64,000 bases of DNA from Candidatus Oxydemutatoraceae bacterium (GTDB taxonomy: Bacteria; Pseudomonadota; Gammaproteobacteria; Poriferisulfidales; Oxydemutatoraceae). Position numbers and translations under genes: made by a program. The notes under the pieces were generated by a model. The model worked only from the letters and a program-made list of their open reading frames with translations. It searched no databases and was not told where the DNA came from. Where the stretch lies: assembly GCA_965220085.1 (NCBI GenBank), contig CBDCOZ010000003.1, positions 224,001-288,000 on the forward strand, in the 5' to 3' direction. Positions within the stretch are counted from its first letter, which is position 1. Each line of letters opens with the position of its first letter. Below are positions 39,366 through 49,798 of this stretch, piece by piece.

Positions 39366-40643
39366 ATGGCAGACGAACGGCAGAAATTTTGGGATAAGCG
39401 GTACTGGGCAATTGTCTTGGTAGTAGCTAGTGCATTGATAATAGGGCTTTGGTTTGTGCCCTGGTGGTTGGAGGGCACTGAAGCAAAATGGCACGGTATC
39501 CAAACTATCGGTTCTATCCTTACAGCGGCAATAGTGATTTGGGGAATTTTGGTTGCTAATCGTAGAGCCAAGGCAATGGAAGACAGCGCAAACGCTGCTC
39601 ATGCTGCCAATGAACAAAAGGTATATACCGAAGCAGTAGCCAGCCTCGGAAATGAGGACTCCGCTTCCGCGCGGCTGGGGGGAATCTATGGCCTCTATGA
39701 CTTGGCACAATCAAAACCGGAACGCCACAAAAGCATTGCCGAGATACTGTGTGCCCACCTGCGCGAAACCACACAGGCAGAAGATTACAAAAGAGATCAT
39801 CCCAGAGAGCCTTCTAACGAGGTTGCCTCCCTTTTGGGTGTGCTTTGCAAGTTGAACAACCCAGATGTTACACTCAACTTCCAAAATGTGTATCTACAAG
39901 GGGCAAGCTTCGAGGGTGCACAGCTACAAGGTGCACGCCTCAGGGGTGCACAGTTGCAAGGAGCAAACCTCAGCAAGGCGTACTTGCAAGGAGCAAACCT
40001 CACCAATACACAGCTACAAGAGGCAGACCTCACTAGTGCACACCTGCAAGAGGCAGACTTCATCAATACACAGCTACAAGGGGCAAATCTCGGGGATGCA
40101 CAATTGCAAGGGACAGACCTCTATAGCGCATACCTGCAAGGGGCAAGCCTCAGGGGTGCACAGTTGCAAGGGGCAGCTCTCTGGGGTGCACAGTTGCAAG
40201 GAGCAAACCTCACCAATACACAGCTACAAGGGGCAAGCCTCGAGGGTGCACAGCTACAAGGGGCAAGCCTCGGGGATGCACAGTTGCAAGGAGCATACCT
40301 TATCAACACACAGCTGCAAGGGGCTATAGCAGAAGAAGGCTACGGTTTTGGATTGCTCATAAGTAGGCGAACAGGTAAGAGTACTGACTTAAAAACTGCA
40401 ATTTTCAGCGGTGGCTTAACCGATGCAAAAATAGAGGAAATACGAAAAGGGTTGGCCGGAGTTAAAGGTGGTACTTATGCAAATCAGCTCTGCGCCCGTT
40501 TGACAGAAGATCACATGGGGCCTGCCGATTACAGCCCGCCTGATAACATCACTACAGGCGTTTTGACCGAAGAGATGGCGGATGAAATCCTCCGCGATTA
40601 CAACGCCATGAAGAACTCCGGTGCCAACACAAATAATGCTTGA
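39366..40643 (+). CDS. membrane-anchored pentapeptide-repeat protein
   Basis: 2 TM segments, RLGGIYGL motif, long run of A.L.G / AQLQG pentapeptides. Confidence 0.9.
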   Translation: MADERQKFWDKRYWAIVLVVASALIIGLWFVPWWLEGTEAKWHGIQTIGSILTAAIVIWGILVANRRAKAMEDSANAAHAANEQKVYTEAVASLGNEDSASARLGGIYGLYDLAQSKPERHKSIAEILCAHLRETTQAEDYKRDHPREPSNEVASLLGVLCKLNNPDVTLNFQNVYLQGASFEGAQLQGARLRGAQLQGANLSKAYLQGANLTNTQLQEADLTSAHLQEADFINTQLQGANLGDAQLQGTDLYSAYLQGASLRGAQLQGAALWGAQLQGANLTNTQLQGASLEGAQLQGASLGDAQLQGAYLINTQLQGAIAEEGYGFGLLISRRTGKSTDLKTAIFSGGLTDAKIEEIRKGLAGVKGGTYANQLCARLTEDHMGPADYSPPDNITTGVLTEEMADEILRDYNAMKNSGANTNNA

Positions 40644-42427
40644 GCACTCTAACCCACACCGCCACACCTGAAAGATGCCGAAACTGACTTTGCCACAACT
40701 TGAATCCTTCCTGTGGGAGGCTGCCAACATCCTCCGGGGCAGTATGGATGCGTCCGAGTTTAAGGACTACATCTTCGGCATGTTGTTCTTAAAACGCTTG
40801 TCCGACTCCTTTGAGGAAGCGCAAGAGCAGGTCGCGCAGACCTATCGGAAGAAGCGCAAGTCGACAGCGGATGTGGCGCGGCGAGTAGCGGATGAAGATG
40901 AATACGATACTTTTTTTGTTCCTGAGCAGGCAAGGTGGTCAAACCTGAAAGACCAGAAACATGACATCGGGGCGGGACTGAACAAAGCAACCGAAGCCAT
41001 TGAGGAATACAACCCTCCGTTGGAAGGTGTGTTGATATCTATTGATTTCAACATCAAAGACAAGCTGTCGGACAAGAAACTCCGGGACCTGTTATCGCAT
41101 TTCTCCAAGCATCGTTTGCGCAATGAAGACTTTGAGAGTCCCGACCTGTTGGGCAGCGCATACGAATATCTCATCAAGAAGTTTGCCGATTCCGCAGGCA
41201 AGAAAGGCGGCGAATTCTATACCCCCAGCGAAGTGGTACGGCTGTTAGTGTCTCTCTTAAAACCCACTTCGGGCATGCGGATATACGACCCTACAGCCGG
41301 GTCGGGCGGTATGTTGATAGAAACCCGCAACTACCTCGCTGACCACGGCGAGAATCCTCAGAACCTATCCCTGTATGGTCAGGAAAGGAACCTGAGTACT
41401 TGGGCTATCTGCAAGATGAACATGTTCCTGCACGGCGTGTTGAATGCGAGCATCAAAAAGGGCGACACTCTGGGCGACCCGCAACACACCCAAGGTGGTG
41501 AACTGATGGTATTTGACCGGGTGATTGCAAACCCGCCTTTCTCACTCAAGAAATGGGGCAAGGAAGCGGCAGACAATGACCGCTATGGTCGCTACCCCTA
41601 CGGCACACCGCCTAAGGATGCGGGCGACTTCGCCTTCATTCAGCACATGATTGCGTCCCTCAGCGCAGAGGGCAAGATGGGCGTGGTCGTGCCGCATGGC
41701 GTATTGTTTCGCGGTGCAAGTGAGAAGAAAATTCGCCAAGGGATACTGGATGATGATTTGCTAGAGGCGGTGATTGGTCTGCCACCTGCATTGTTTTACG
41801 GCACAGGCATCCCTGCGGCACTGCTTATCATCAATAAGAACAAGTCTTGGGAGCGCAAAGGCAAAGTGCTGTTCATCAACGGCGAACTGGAATATGCCAA
41901 GGGCAAGAACCAGAACAAACTGCGCGACAGCGATATCAAGCACATCTTAAAGACCTATGACACATACACAGACGAGAAGCGTTATTCTAAAGTGGTCACT
42001 ATGGAAGAGATACGGGAGAACGATTACAACCTCAACATCCGCAGATATGCCGACACTTCGCCACCTCCCGAACCTTATGATACGAAGGCGATTCTGCACG
42101 GTGGCATTCCCGTCTCCGAGGTTGAGGATGAATACATTCAGGAGACCTTGCAAGGCATGGATGTTTCATGCGTGTTTGCAAAGCAAAGCGCGAAGTATTA
42201 CAAGTTCAAAGCCGCTATCAAAACCAAAGAACACATCCGTGACCATATGAAAGGTGCAGACCCGGCTGTCGTAGCGCAGTTTGAGAGATGGTGGGACAAA
42301 TACAAAGGGAATTATGTATTTAACTTGACAGAGGCAGATTATGTCAGGCAGGAAACTTGACAAAGATACCAGTACGCTATATACCTATATCTTAATTCGT
42401 TGTTAAACCACTTTGGGGATTAGGACT

Positions 42428-43348
42428 ATGAGTAAGAGAAAAGCAGAAATATTAAGCCTATATCAGATTATGGAGCAATACCCGACCGATGAAGCGACCA
42501 TACGATACCTTGAAAGTCTGGCATGGAGTGATAAGCCGGTATGTTCTAAATGCGGATGTGATAACAAAATTACAGAGCAAAAGAAAGCTGGCGATTATTG
42601 GTGCGGTAGCTGTCGTTCATACTTCAATGTATTCACCAATACACCGCTAGAGCGGAATAAAGTAGATGCCAGAAAATGGGTTTATGCTTCCTATACCCTG
42701 CTCACTTCACGCAAAGGGATAAGCAGTCTGCAATTAAGCAAAGAGATTGGAGTGCAACAAAGAACAGCGTGGTATATGCTTCACCGCTTGCGGGTTATAT
42801 GTGGCGGGGATATGCAGGCGCTGCATGGGCAAGTAGAGACAGATGAAACTTATATCGGCGGCAAGGAGAAAAACCGCCATCCCAACAAGAAAAAGCGGGC
42901 GGGTCGCGGTGGTGCTGGCAAGACTGCTATACTGGGTATGCGAGAGCGTAAAGGCAGAGTAAAGGCCATGCCAGTAGAGAACACTACAAAGGAAACACTA
43001 CAGACCGCCGTACATAAAAATGTCCGCAAGGGTTCTACCCTTTTTACTGATGAAAACCCCTCATACAATGGTGTTGCCAATCGCCACTATGCGGTTAATC
43101 ATTCTGCGAAGGAATATGTAAATGGTATGGCGCACACTAACGGCATAGAATCCGTATGGGCTGTACTCAAGAGAGGTTTTAGCGGTGTGTATCACAACTG
43201 GAGTAAGAAGCATTGCAGGGCTTATGTCAATGAGTTTTCCTTCCGTCTTAACGATGGCAATTGTGAGATAGATACCCAAGACAGATTAAACAGTTTGTTT
43301 GCCGGTATGCACGGCAAGCAGATTACTTATAAGGAATTGACAGGATGA
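42428..43348 (+). CDS. IS1595 transposase
   Basis: Zn ribbon CxxC...CxxC, HTH, DETYIGG, TDE, HTNGIES and EFSFR motifs. Confidence 0.93.
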   Translation: MSKRKAEILSLYQIMEQYPTDEATIRYLESLAWSDKPVCSKCGCDNKITEQKKAGDYWCGSCRSYFNVFTNTPLERNKVDARKWVYASYTLLTSRKGISSLQLSKEIGVQQRTAWYMLHRLRVICGGDMQALHGQVETDETYIGGKEKNRHPNKKKRAGRGGAGKTAILGMRERKGRVKAMPVENTTKETLQTAVHKNVRKGSTLFTDENPSYNGVANRHYAVNHSAKEYVNGMAHTNGIESVWAVLKRGFSGVYHNWSKKHCRAYVNEFSFRLNDGNCEIDTQDRLNSLFAGMHGKQITYKELTG

Positions 43349-43499
43349 AAACCACCCACAGCATAACTACAGTTTCGGTGAAGGTAGATAATTCAAAAAG
43401 GGTTCCTTTGAAATAGATTTATCGGTGGTGCTATCCTTCCTTTGAGTATGAAATAGACAATGTAGAGCATGACACATCTAATCAGTCAGATATGCAAAT

Positions 43500-43658
43500 A
43501 TGAAACAGAAAGACTTAGACAGAGCGGCTACGGCACTACTTAAAGCAGGGAAACCGCCGAAGGATAAAGATTGCCCGATACCGACAAAAGCAGACTTAAA
43601 CCGTAAGTTTGTCATGCGGGTAGACCGTCAAGGCAAACCCACAATTATTGAGAAATAA
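43500..43658 (+). CDS. 52-aa possible passenger ORF inside the IS
   Basis: Hand-translated MKQKDLDRAATALLKAGKPP...TIIEK*; ends 2 nt before the right IR. Confidence 0.4.
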   Translation: MKQKDLDRAATALLKAGKPPKDKDCPIPTKADLNRKFVMRVDRQGKPTIIEK

Positions 43659-43772
43659 TACCTCTGTCAAGTTAAATACATAATTCCCAATACAAAGTGT
43701 CCCTGCACGAGATTGACGCCCAAGTGAAGCAATCCGAAAAAGTCATGCACAAATATCTCAAGGAGCTTGGCT

Positions 43773-45113
43773 ATGAATAAGTCTAAATCAAAAAACTCAG
43801 GGCCTCGAGCAAAAGCTACCATGCAAGATCCCCTGACTAAAGGCATCGGCCACACCAAATTCAAAGACAGCGAGCTAGGACGCGTTCCCCAAACCTGGAA
43901 AGCCAAGAATCTTGGAGACATTGTAAAATTTTCAGGAGGCAGTGCATTCAAAGAAACTTTTCAAGGGAAGGATTCGGGTGCTTATCCGTTTATTAAAGTC
44001 AGCGACATGAATTTGGTAGAAAACAGTCGATATATCACCAAGTCCAATAATTGGATAAGCGAGCGCGTCAGAAGCCAAGCCAAAATAAAACTGTTCCCGC
44101 CAAATGCGGTAGTTTTTGCAAAAGTTGGAGCAGCACTTCTCATAAATCGGAGGCGGCAGCTGATTCGAGAAACAGCAATAGACAACAATATGATGGCAGC
44201 AATCCCATCAAATTGCGATTCCGATTTTCTGTATTTTTTCTTGCAAACAATTGACTTGAAGAACTTTGTGCAAGATGGAGCGATTCCCTCTGTCAACCAA
44301 AATCAAATGGAAAGCATCGTTATAGATACTCCTCCTATGCCCGAACAAAAGAAAATCGCGGCCATCCTCACCTCCGTGGACGAGGTGATAGAAGCCACCC
44401 AAACTCAAATCAACAAACTCCAAGCCCTCAAAAAAGCCACCATGCAAGAGTTGCTGACCAAAGGCATAGGCCACACTAAATTCAAAGACAGCGAGCTAGG
44501 CCGCATCCCCAAAAGTTGGGTCACAACAACATTAGGTGATGCAGGGATATTTTCGAAGGGTAAAGGAATATCAAAAAATGAAATTTCTTCCGAAGGAATA
44601 CCCTGCATCCGATATGCAGAAATTTATACTGACTATAATTTTCAGATAAAGAAGTTCAAATCGTTTATCAGGCGTGAAGTTGCTGATGCATCTAAGAGGT
44701 TCAAGAAGAATGATATTATTTTTGCTGGTTCAGGAGAGACCGCAGAGGAAATTGGCAAATCTGTATCATTTACGCTTGATTGTGAAGCGTATGTGGGCGG
44801 CGATGCTATTATTCTTTCGCCAGTCTCAGGAATTGATAGCTTATTTCTTTCATATCAACTGAACGATAACATCCGAAGAAAACAACGAATGAAGTTAGGG
44901 CAGGGCAGTTCGGTAATTCACATCTATTCTTCTGGCTTGGCAGACTTAATAATTGTTTTACCGCCAATTCCCGAGCAAAAGAAAATTGCATCCGTCCTGA
45001 CCACTATAGATGACCACATTGAAATGGCACATCATAAACTTGCACAAATCCAATCTCTAAAACAATCTCTCATGCAGGACTTGTTGTCTGGTATAGTCAG
45101 AGTCACAGCTTGA
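43773..45113 (+). CDS. hsdS: type I RM specificity subunit
   Basis: Two TRDs; PP..EQKKIA..L twice; KDSELGR.P..W twice. Confidence 0.92.
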   Translation: MNKSKSKNSGPRAKATMQDPLTKGIGHTKFKDSELGRVPQTWKAKNLGDIVKFSGGSAFKETFQGKDSGAYPFIKVSDMNLVENSRYITKSNNWISERVRSQAKIKLFPPNAVVFAKVGAALLINRRRQLIRETAIDNNMMAAIPSNCDSDFLYFFLQTIDLKNFVQDGAIPSVNQNQMESIVIDTPPMPEQKKIAAILTSVDEVIEATQTQINKLQALKKATMQELLTKGIGHTKFKDSELGRIPKSWVTTTLGDAGIFSKGKGISKNEISSEGIPCIRYAEIYTDYNFQIKKFKSFIRREVADASKRFKKNDIIFAGSGETAEEIGKSVSFTLDCEAYVGGDAIILSPVSGIDSLFLSYQLNDNIRRKQRMKLGQGSSVIHIYSSGLADLIIVLPPIPEQKKIASVLTTIDDHIEMAHHKLAQIQSLKQSLMQDLLSGIVRVTA

Positions 45114-45122
45114 AGGAATATC

Positions 45123-47543
45123 ATGTCTAAACACAAAAAAAAGATTTTTATTAGCTATTCGCACAAAGATGAGCGGTTCATGTTCAGACTGAAAACTCAT
45201 CTGAGGACCAGTGAGCAGGGTATTGAGATATTTACCGATGGAAAGGTTTTGGCAGGGCAACCGCTTCCTAAAGAAATAAAAAAAGGTATGCGTGATGCAA
45301 ATATTGCAATATTCCTTCTTAGCGCAGACTTTCTGGATTCTGAACCTTGTAAAGCAGAGTGGAGTTATGCAGAAGAAAAAAATATTATTCGGATTCCTGT
45401 CGTAATAAAACCTTGCGCTTGGGAACGGTTCCTAAAGAAAAACGGCAATATCAAAGCCCTGCCTAAGGATGGGAAACCGGTTTCTAGCCATGATGAGGAG
45501 GAGGAGGCCTACCAAGAGATAAGTGAGGAAGTGACAAAAGTTATGAAAGAGATAGATTCTTGTTTCAGCCCTAAAGAAGATTTTCAGAAGGAGTTGGAAG
45601 ATACCGAATTTCTATCCCAAGAGCATCTTAAATTGCAGGATATTTTTGTTTTTCCTAACCTTGAGCTCGAGGTAGACAAAGAAGGTTCAGAGTGGGTATC
45701 CATTGAAACCCACGCAGATATCATTAAACATGACCCAGTATTCATCCATGGCGAACAAAGCTCTGGGAAGACGGCTCTTGCAAGATGTTTATGTCTGCAC
45801 CTAATTGAAAAAGAATTGCCTGTCTTATATATAGATTTGCAAAACAAATTACACAGTAAACTCCCAGATATTTTTGAGAGAGAGTATAGCCACAAATTTA
45901 ATGGAGATTATTCATTATGGAAGAAACAGAAAAGTAAAACGATTATTTTGGACAATATGTCGTCGAACGGGAAAGATATGCGCATTGTTCTATCGGCATT
46001 GGAGCATTTTGATCAAGTAATCGTTCTTTTGGATTCTGACACATACCAATCGTACTACAGAAAAGAGAAGCGGTTCGCAAAGTTCTCTACAATGGAGATA
46101 AGGCAACTAACGCATGTCAAACAAGAAGAACTGATTAGAAAGAGAGTAGATAAATCTGATAACGAATCGATTGATGCAATGGTAGACCAGATCGAAAAGA
46201 AAGTGAATATGGTAATAATGGAACAAAGGATAGTTCCAAGGTATCCGTTTTTTATTCTGACAGTTATGCAAACTATTGAAGGGCTTATGCCCAGTACAAC
46301 AAAGATTAGCTCATATGCAACTTGTTACTATGTGGCTATTCTTGCGCGTCTCTCAAAGTCAGGTATTGATACGGAAGAAGGTTCTATTAATACATGTATG
46401 AACTATGTAAAGCATCTGGCATTTGCCAGATATAGGTCTGAATCAGGCTCTGATCCATTCTCTTTTGAAGCATTTAACCAAGACTACAAAAGAAAATTCA
46501 CTATACAGGAATCAGTCATTAGACGTTTAATGGATGCGCGATCTGGAATTATAGATACAAATGGAGAGTTTAAAGTACCTTATGCATACTACTACTTCTT
46601 GGGAGATTACCTTGCTAAAAATATTCGTGGCAACCAAGGTTTATTGGAGGAAATATGTGAAAAGAGTTTCACTACTAAAAACAATTTAATCCTTACCTTC
46701 TTTGTCCACCATTGCCCTGACAAAAATATAATTGATGATATTTTGATTAGAACTATGTGTGCTCTTGAGATATTTCCTGTTGCTAAATTGACCTCTGAAG
46801 AAACAAAAATGTTTTATGAGGTGGTTGGAAAAATCAAAGATAATTCAGGTGATAGGGCAGAGGATGTGCAGGTAGCAAGACAAGAGGACAGAAAGTTCCG
46901 GGATGCCCATGAACAGTCAGGAGTACCAGACGAAATAGAAGAGGAGGGTGGAATACATGATGATATATATCGGATACTAAAGACTAATGAACTGGTAAAG
47001 CAGATACTTCACAATCATTATGGTGAGATGGAGAAGTCAAGAATATCGGAGATTGTGCATGTAATGATTGAAAGTGGTTTGCGTTTAGTAAGTTTGTTAC
47101 TGCTTAATGAGGAAGAGCTACGTGGCCTTTCTGGATATATTCAGGAAAGACATCCTGAAGCCAACAAATCACAGGTGACGCAAATGCTACAGTGGGCGTC
47201 GTTTATTTGGACTATGATAAACATTGAGAAAATTGTTGATGCTGTCAGTCTGCCCCAAATAAAACAAGTGATAGATGACCTGATCTCTAAAGAGTCTACT
47301 CCTGCATATAAACTAATCGGCTATTTCAATCATCTTGATGTTTCAAAAAATGGTGTTACTGATGATATCAAAAGACACTTGGAGGGTCTTCTTAAAGAGT
47401 ACGAAGATGATCCCTTTCATGAAAAGGTACTATCTATACGCACACAGCACTATATGAGAACTCATAGAAGTAAGGCACCACGAGAGCAAGCTGTCTGCTC
47501 ATTGCTTGGAATCCCATATAAAGCGCACAAGCAGTTGACGTAA
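45123..47543 (+). CDS. TIR domain plus P-loop (STAND-like) NTPase protein
   Basis: KIFISYSHKD, LLSADFLDSEPCKAE, Walker A GEQSSGKT, Walker B-like IILDN. Confidence 0.8.
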   Translation: MSKHKKKIFISYSHKDERFMFRLKTHLRTSEQGIEIFTDGKVLAGQPLPKEIKKGMRDANIAIFLLSADFLDSEPCKAEWSYAEEKNIIRIPVVIKPCAWERFLKKNGNIKALPKDGKPVSSHDEEEEAYQEISEEVTKVMKEIDSCFSPKEDFQKELEDTEFLSQEHLKLQDIFVFPNLELEVDKEGSEWVSIETHADIIKHDPVFIHGEQSSGKTALARCLCLHLIEKELPVLYIDLQNKLHSKLPDIFEREYSHKFNGDYSLWKKQKSKTIILDNMSSNGKDMRIVLSALEHFDQVIVLLDSDTYQSYYRKEKRFAKFSTMEIRQLTHVKQEELIRKRVDKSDNESIDAMVDQIEKKVNMVIMEQRIVPRYPFFILTVMQTIEGLMPSTTKISSYATCYYVAILARLSKSGIDTEEGSINTCMNYVKHLAFARYRSESGSDPFSFEAFNQDYKRKFTIQESVIRRLMDARSGIIDTNGEFKVPYAYYYFLGDYLAKNIRGNQGLLEEICEKSFTTKNNLILTFFVHHCPDKNIIDDILIRTMCALEIFPVAKLTSEETKMFYEVVGKIKDNSGDRAEDVQVARQEDRKFRDAHEQSGVPDEIEEEGGIHDDIYRILKTNELVKQILHNHYGEMEKSRISEIVHVMIESGLRLVSLLLLNEEELRGLSGYIQERHPEANKSQVTQMLQWASFIWTMINIEKIVDAVSLPQIKQVIDDLISKESTPAYKLIGYFNHLDVSKNGVTDDIKRHLEGLLKEYEDDPFHEKVLSIRTQHYMRTHRSKAPREQAVCSLLGIPYKAHKQLT

Positions 47544-47698
47544 ACATCAGATTCCTCAATCAGCAGGCAATATTGTGACGACAAGCTGTGTAAGATTAGG
47601 GCTATTGCATAGCGTTGTTTATAGCAGGCACGGGTGCGACGGAGTAAAATAGCGGTCATGGCATAGTCGCTACGCGGCTAAGACGGGATAGCAAGAGC

Positions 47699-47830
47699 AT
47701 GATGCATAGAATCAACAACATCAATCCGGAGCGCATCCAATGGTGCTGTCAGACAGTTGCTGTTGACATGCAACATCCGGCGGATGAAACGAAGATTAAG
47801 CTAAGATTCAAAGCGGAGCAATCGGCATGA
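47699..47830 (+). pseudogene. 5' stub (43 codons) of the second ImmA/IrrE gene
   Basis: 47691-47802 matches 49791-49902 (offset 2100). Confidence 0.8.
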
Positions 47831-48960
47831 GTAGCAGAGAATCGCTAAGTGTCCTAAACCCACAGCGCATTCAATGGTGTTGCAATCAGTTGCACATAAC
47901 CATTGGGGAGTTGGCCGGGCAGTTGGGCATAAATGAAGGCAGGTTGGCGGGTGCGCAACTGACTATGTCGCAACTTAGGAAAGTAGCGGACTACTTTGAC
48001 CACAGCATATTCTTTTTTGCCGAACCCGATGAGCCCAAAGAAACCATACATTCTCCGCAGTTTCGTACGATTGGAGAGCAAGCCCGGCTAGACAGTAACC
48101 TGTACAAACTTATCAGGCGCGCCGAGAGACACAGAGACTTATTTATTGAGATGTTGGAAAGTGCCGGTGACAAGTCGCAATTCAGCCCGCCCGTTCTTGA
48201 AGGCGATATGGCTCATAAGGCAGAGGCTGTCAGAAATTGGCTGGGGATAGATTACAACCGAGGAGAATCTTATGGTTTTGATGAGTACCGGGAACTTATT
48301 GAAGCAAAGGGCATCTTTGTGCAACAAAGCATGGGTTATAAGGGAAAATGGAAGGTTAATAACCCGGATAAAATGTTGGGCTTTTCTTTAACGCATACCG
48401 AGATGCCCATTATATTCGTCACAAAAACTTCTGAGGCACGACAAGCGTTTACGCTGTTGCATGAATTGGGTCATTTGTTGCTGCATCGCGACAGTTTTTT
48501 TGATAATGACATGAACTTTCGCAGTTCGGTTACTTCCCCAAAAGAGCAAGAGGCTAACGCTTTTGCCGGTCATTTTTTTCTGACCGATGAAGTTCTGTCG
48601 GGATTGAATGTTCCAAAGACCTACGAAGAGTATGACGAATATTTTGAGCCAATCTCTGGGAAACGTGGCATTAGCGTGGAAGTAGTAGTTGTCGCCTTAC
48701 TCAAAAAAGATCAAATCCGCCAGAGAGATTATGACAGTTATATTCAATTTAGAAGTGAAAGATGGAGCGGCGAAGAGAGCACAGATGAGAAAAGCCCCCG
48801 TACATGGCGGCATCGAGAGCCGTTTCATATCTTTGGTAAGCGTTATGTGAACGCTGTGCTTGATTCAATACAGCGGGGTGATACATCTTTGTATAAAGCT
48901 TGTAAGTCTTTAGATAATATTCAAGTATCCGCTATACAGAGGCTACTCCACGGGGATTAA
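47827..48960 (+). CDS. XRE-HTH plus ImmA/IrrE metallopeptidase, copy 1
   Basis: N-terminal HTH; FTLLHELGH and E.EANAFA motifs. Confidence 0.88.
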   Translation: MSSRESLSVLNPQRIQWCCNQLHITIGELAGQLGINEGRLAGAQLTMSQLRKVADYFDHSIFFFAEPDEPKETIHSPQFRTIGEQARLDSNLYKLIRRAERHRDLFIEMLESAGDKSQFSPPVLEGDMAHKAEAVRNWLGIDYNRGESYGFDEYRELIEAKGIFVQQSMGYKGKWKVNNPDKMLGFSLTHTEMPIIFVTKTSEARQAFTLLHELGHLLLHRDSFFDNDMNFRSSVTSPKEQEANAFAGHFFLTDEVLSGLNVPKTYEEYDEYFEPISGKRGISVEVVVVALLKKDQIRQRDYDSYIQFRSERWSGEESTDEKSPRTWRHREPFHIFGKRYVNAVLDSIQRGDTSLYKACKSLDNIQVSAIQRLLHGD

Positions 48961-49171
48961 AGTATATGTCTTTTTTGATCAGTTTTATGGGTATATCAAA
49001 GTGTTGAGTTGAGTGCAGCATAGATAAATAATAAGAGGAATACCTACCTGGCTTAAGCGACATCTCCGTAATGGCAATTAACTTTTTTCCCCGTATGATT
49101 TTTATAGGCAACAAGTTTTAAGTATGCATGTATATAGAGTAATGACCTGTTAATCACGGAGATTAGAGTAT

Positions 49172-49681
49172 ATGCCTTTTTTAATTATTGACGCATCTAG
49201 TTGGATAGGAGCTTGGCAACAATATCCGATACAGTCATTCCCAAGAGTATGGGAATGGCTTGCCGAAGAAATTGAAAATAGCAACATACAGACTATAAAA
49301 CCAATGTGCAAAGAAGTCGGGCACAAAAGCAAGGAGTGCGGGAAATGGTTAGATGAGAGTGGGATAACATATCCGGAGGTATCGGAAGATAATGTGTTGA
49401 CCATGGGAGTTAAGATAAAAGGCGTTGCCGGGATAACGGGCGACATTAAAGATAATCCGAGAGGAATTGACGATAACGATTTGGAATTGATTGTTGTTGC
49501 GTCGTTGACCGATGGGACAGTGGTTACTGAGGAAGATCCGCAACTAACAGCAGACAACCCAAGGACAGCAACGCCGCCGAAGCCCATAAACTACAAGATA
49601 CCTTTCGTATGCCGGCTAAATGAGGTCAAAGTTACAAACTTTCTGGAAATGATAAAAAGCACGGGCAAGACATTTGGGTAG
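49172..49681 (+). CDS. PIN-domain protein, DUF4411-like
   Basis: IIDASS, YP...FPRVWEWL, VVTEE and KIPFVC motifs. Confidence 0.8.
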   Translation: MPFLIIDASSWIGAWQQYPIQSFPRVWEWLAEEIENSNIQTIKPMCKEVGHKSKECGKWLDESGITYPEVSEDNVLTMGVKIKGVAGITGDIKDNPRGIDDNDLELIVVASLTDGTVVTEEDPQLTADNPRTATPPKPINYKIPFVCRLNEVKVTNFLEMIKSTGKTFG

Positions 49682-49798
49682 AGGGTTTGTTGCTGATGAG
49701 AACAGAAAGCCGACAATCAAAGAGCCAAATATCAAGCATAAATTGTCAAGCGGCGAACTTCTTTGCATACACAGATATATAATTCCCATGGCAAGAGC

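Larger units (their letters stand above)
42307..43688 (+). mobile_element. IS1595-family insertion sequence, 1382 bp
   Basis: Perfect 28-bp IRs GGGAATTATGTATTTAACTTGACAGAGG (42307-42334 and 43661-43688); 8-bp TSD AATACAAA (42299-42306 and 43689-43696). Confidence 0.95.
40675..43780 (+). pseudogene. hsdM: type I RM methyltransferase interrupted near its 3' end by IS1595
   Basis: [14 protein letters not shown] and ANPPF motifs; the frame resumes after the IS as VSLHEIDAQ...KELGYE* (43697-43780) and overlaps the hsdS start. Confidence 0.88.
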
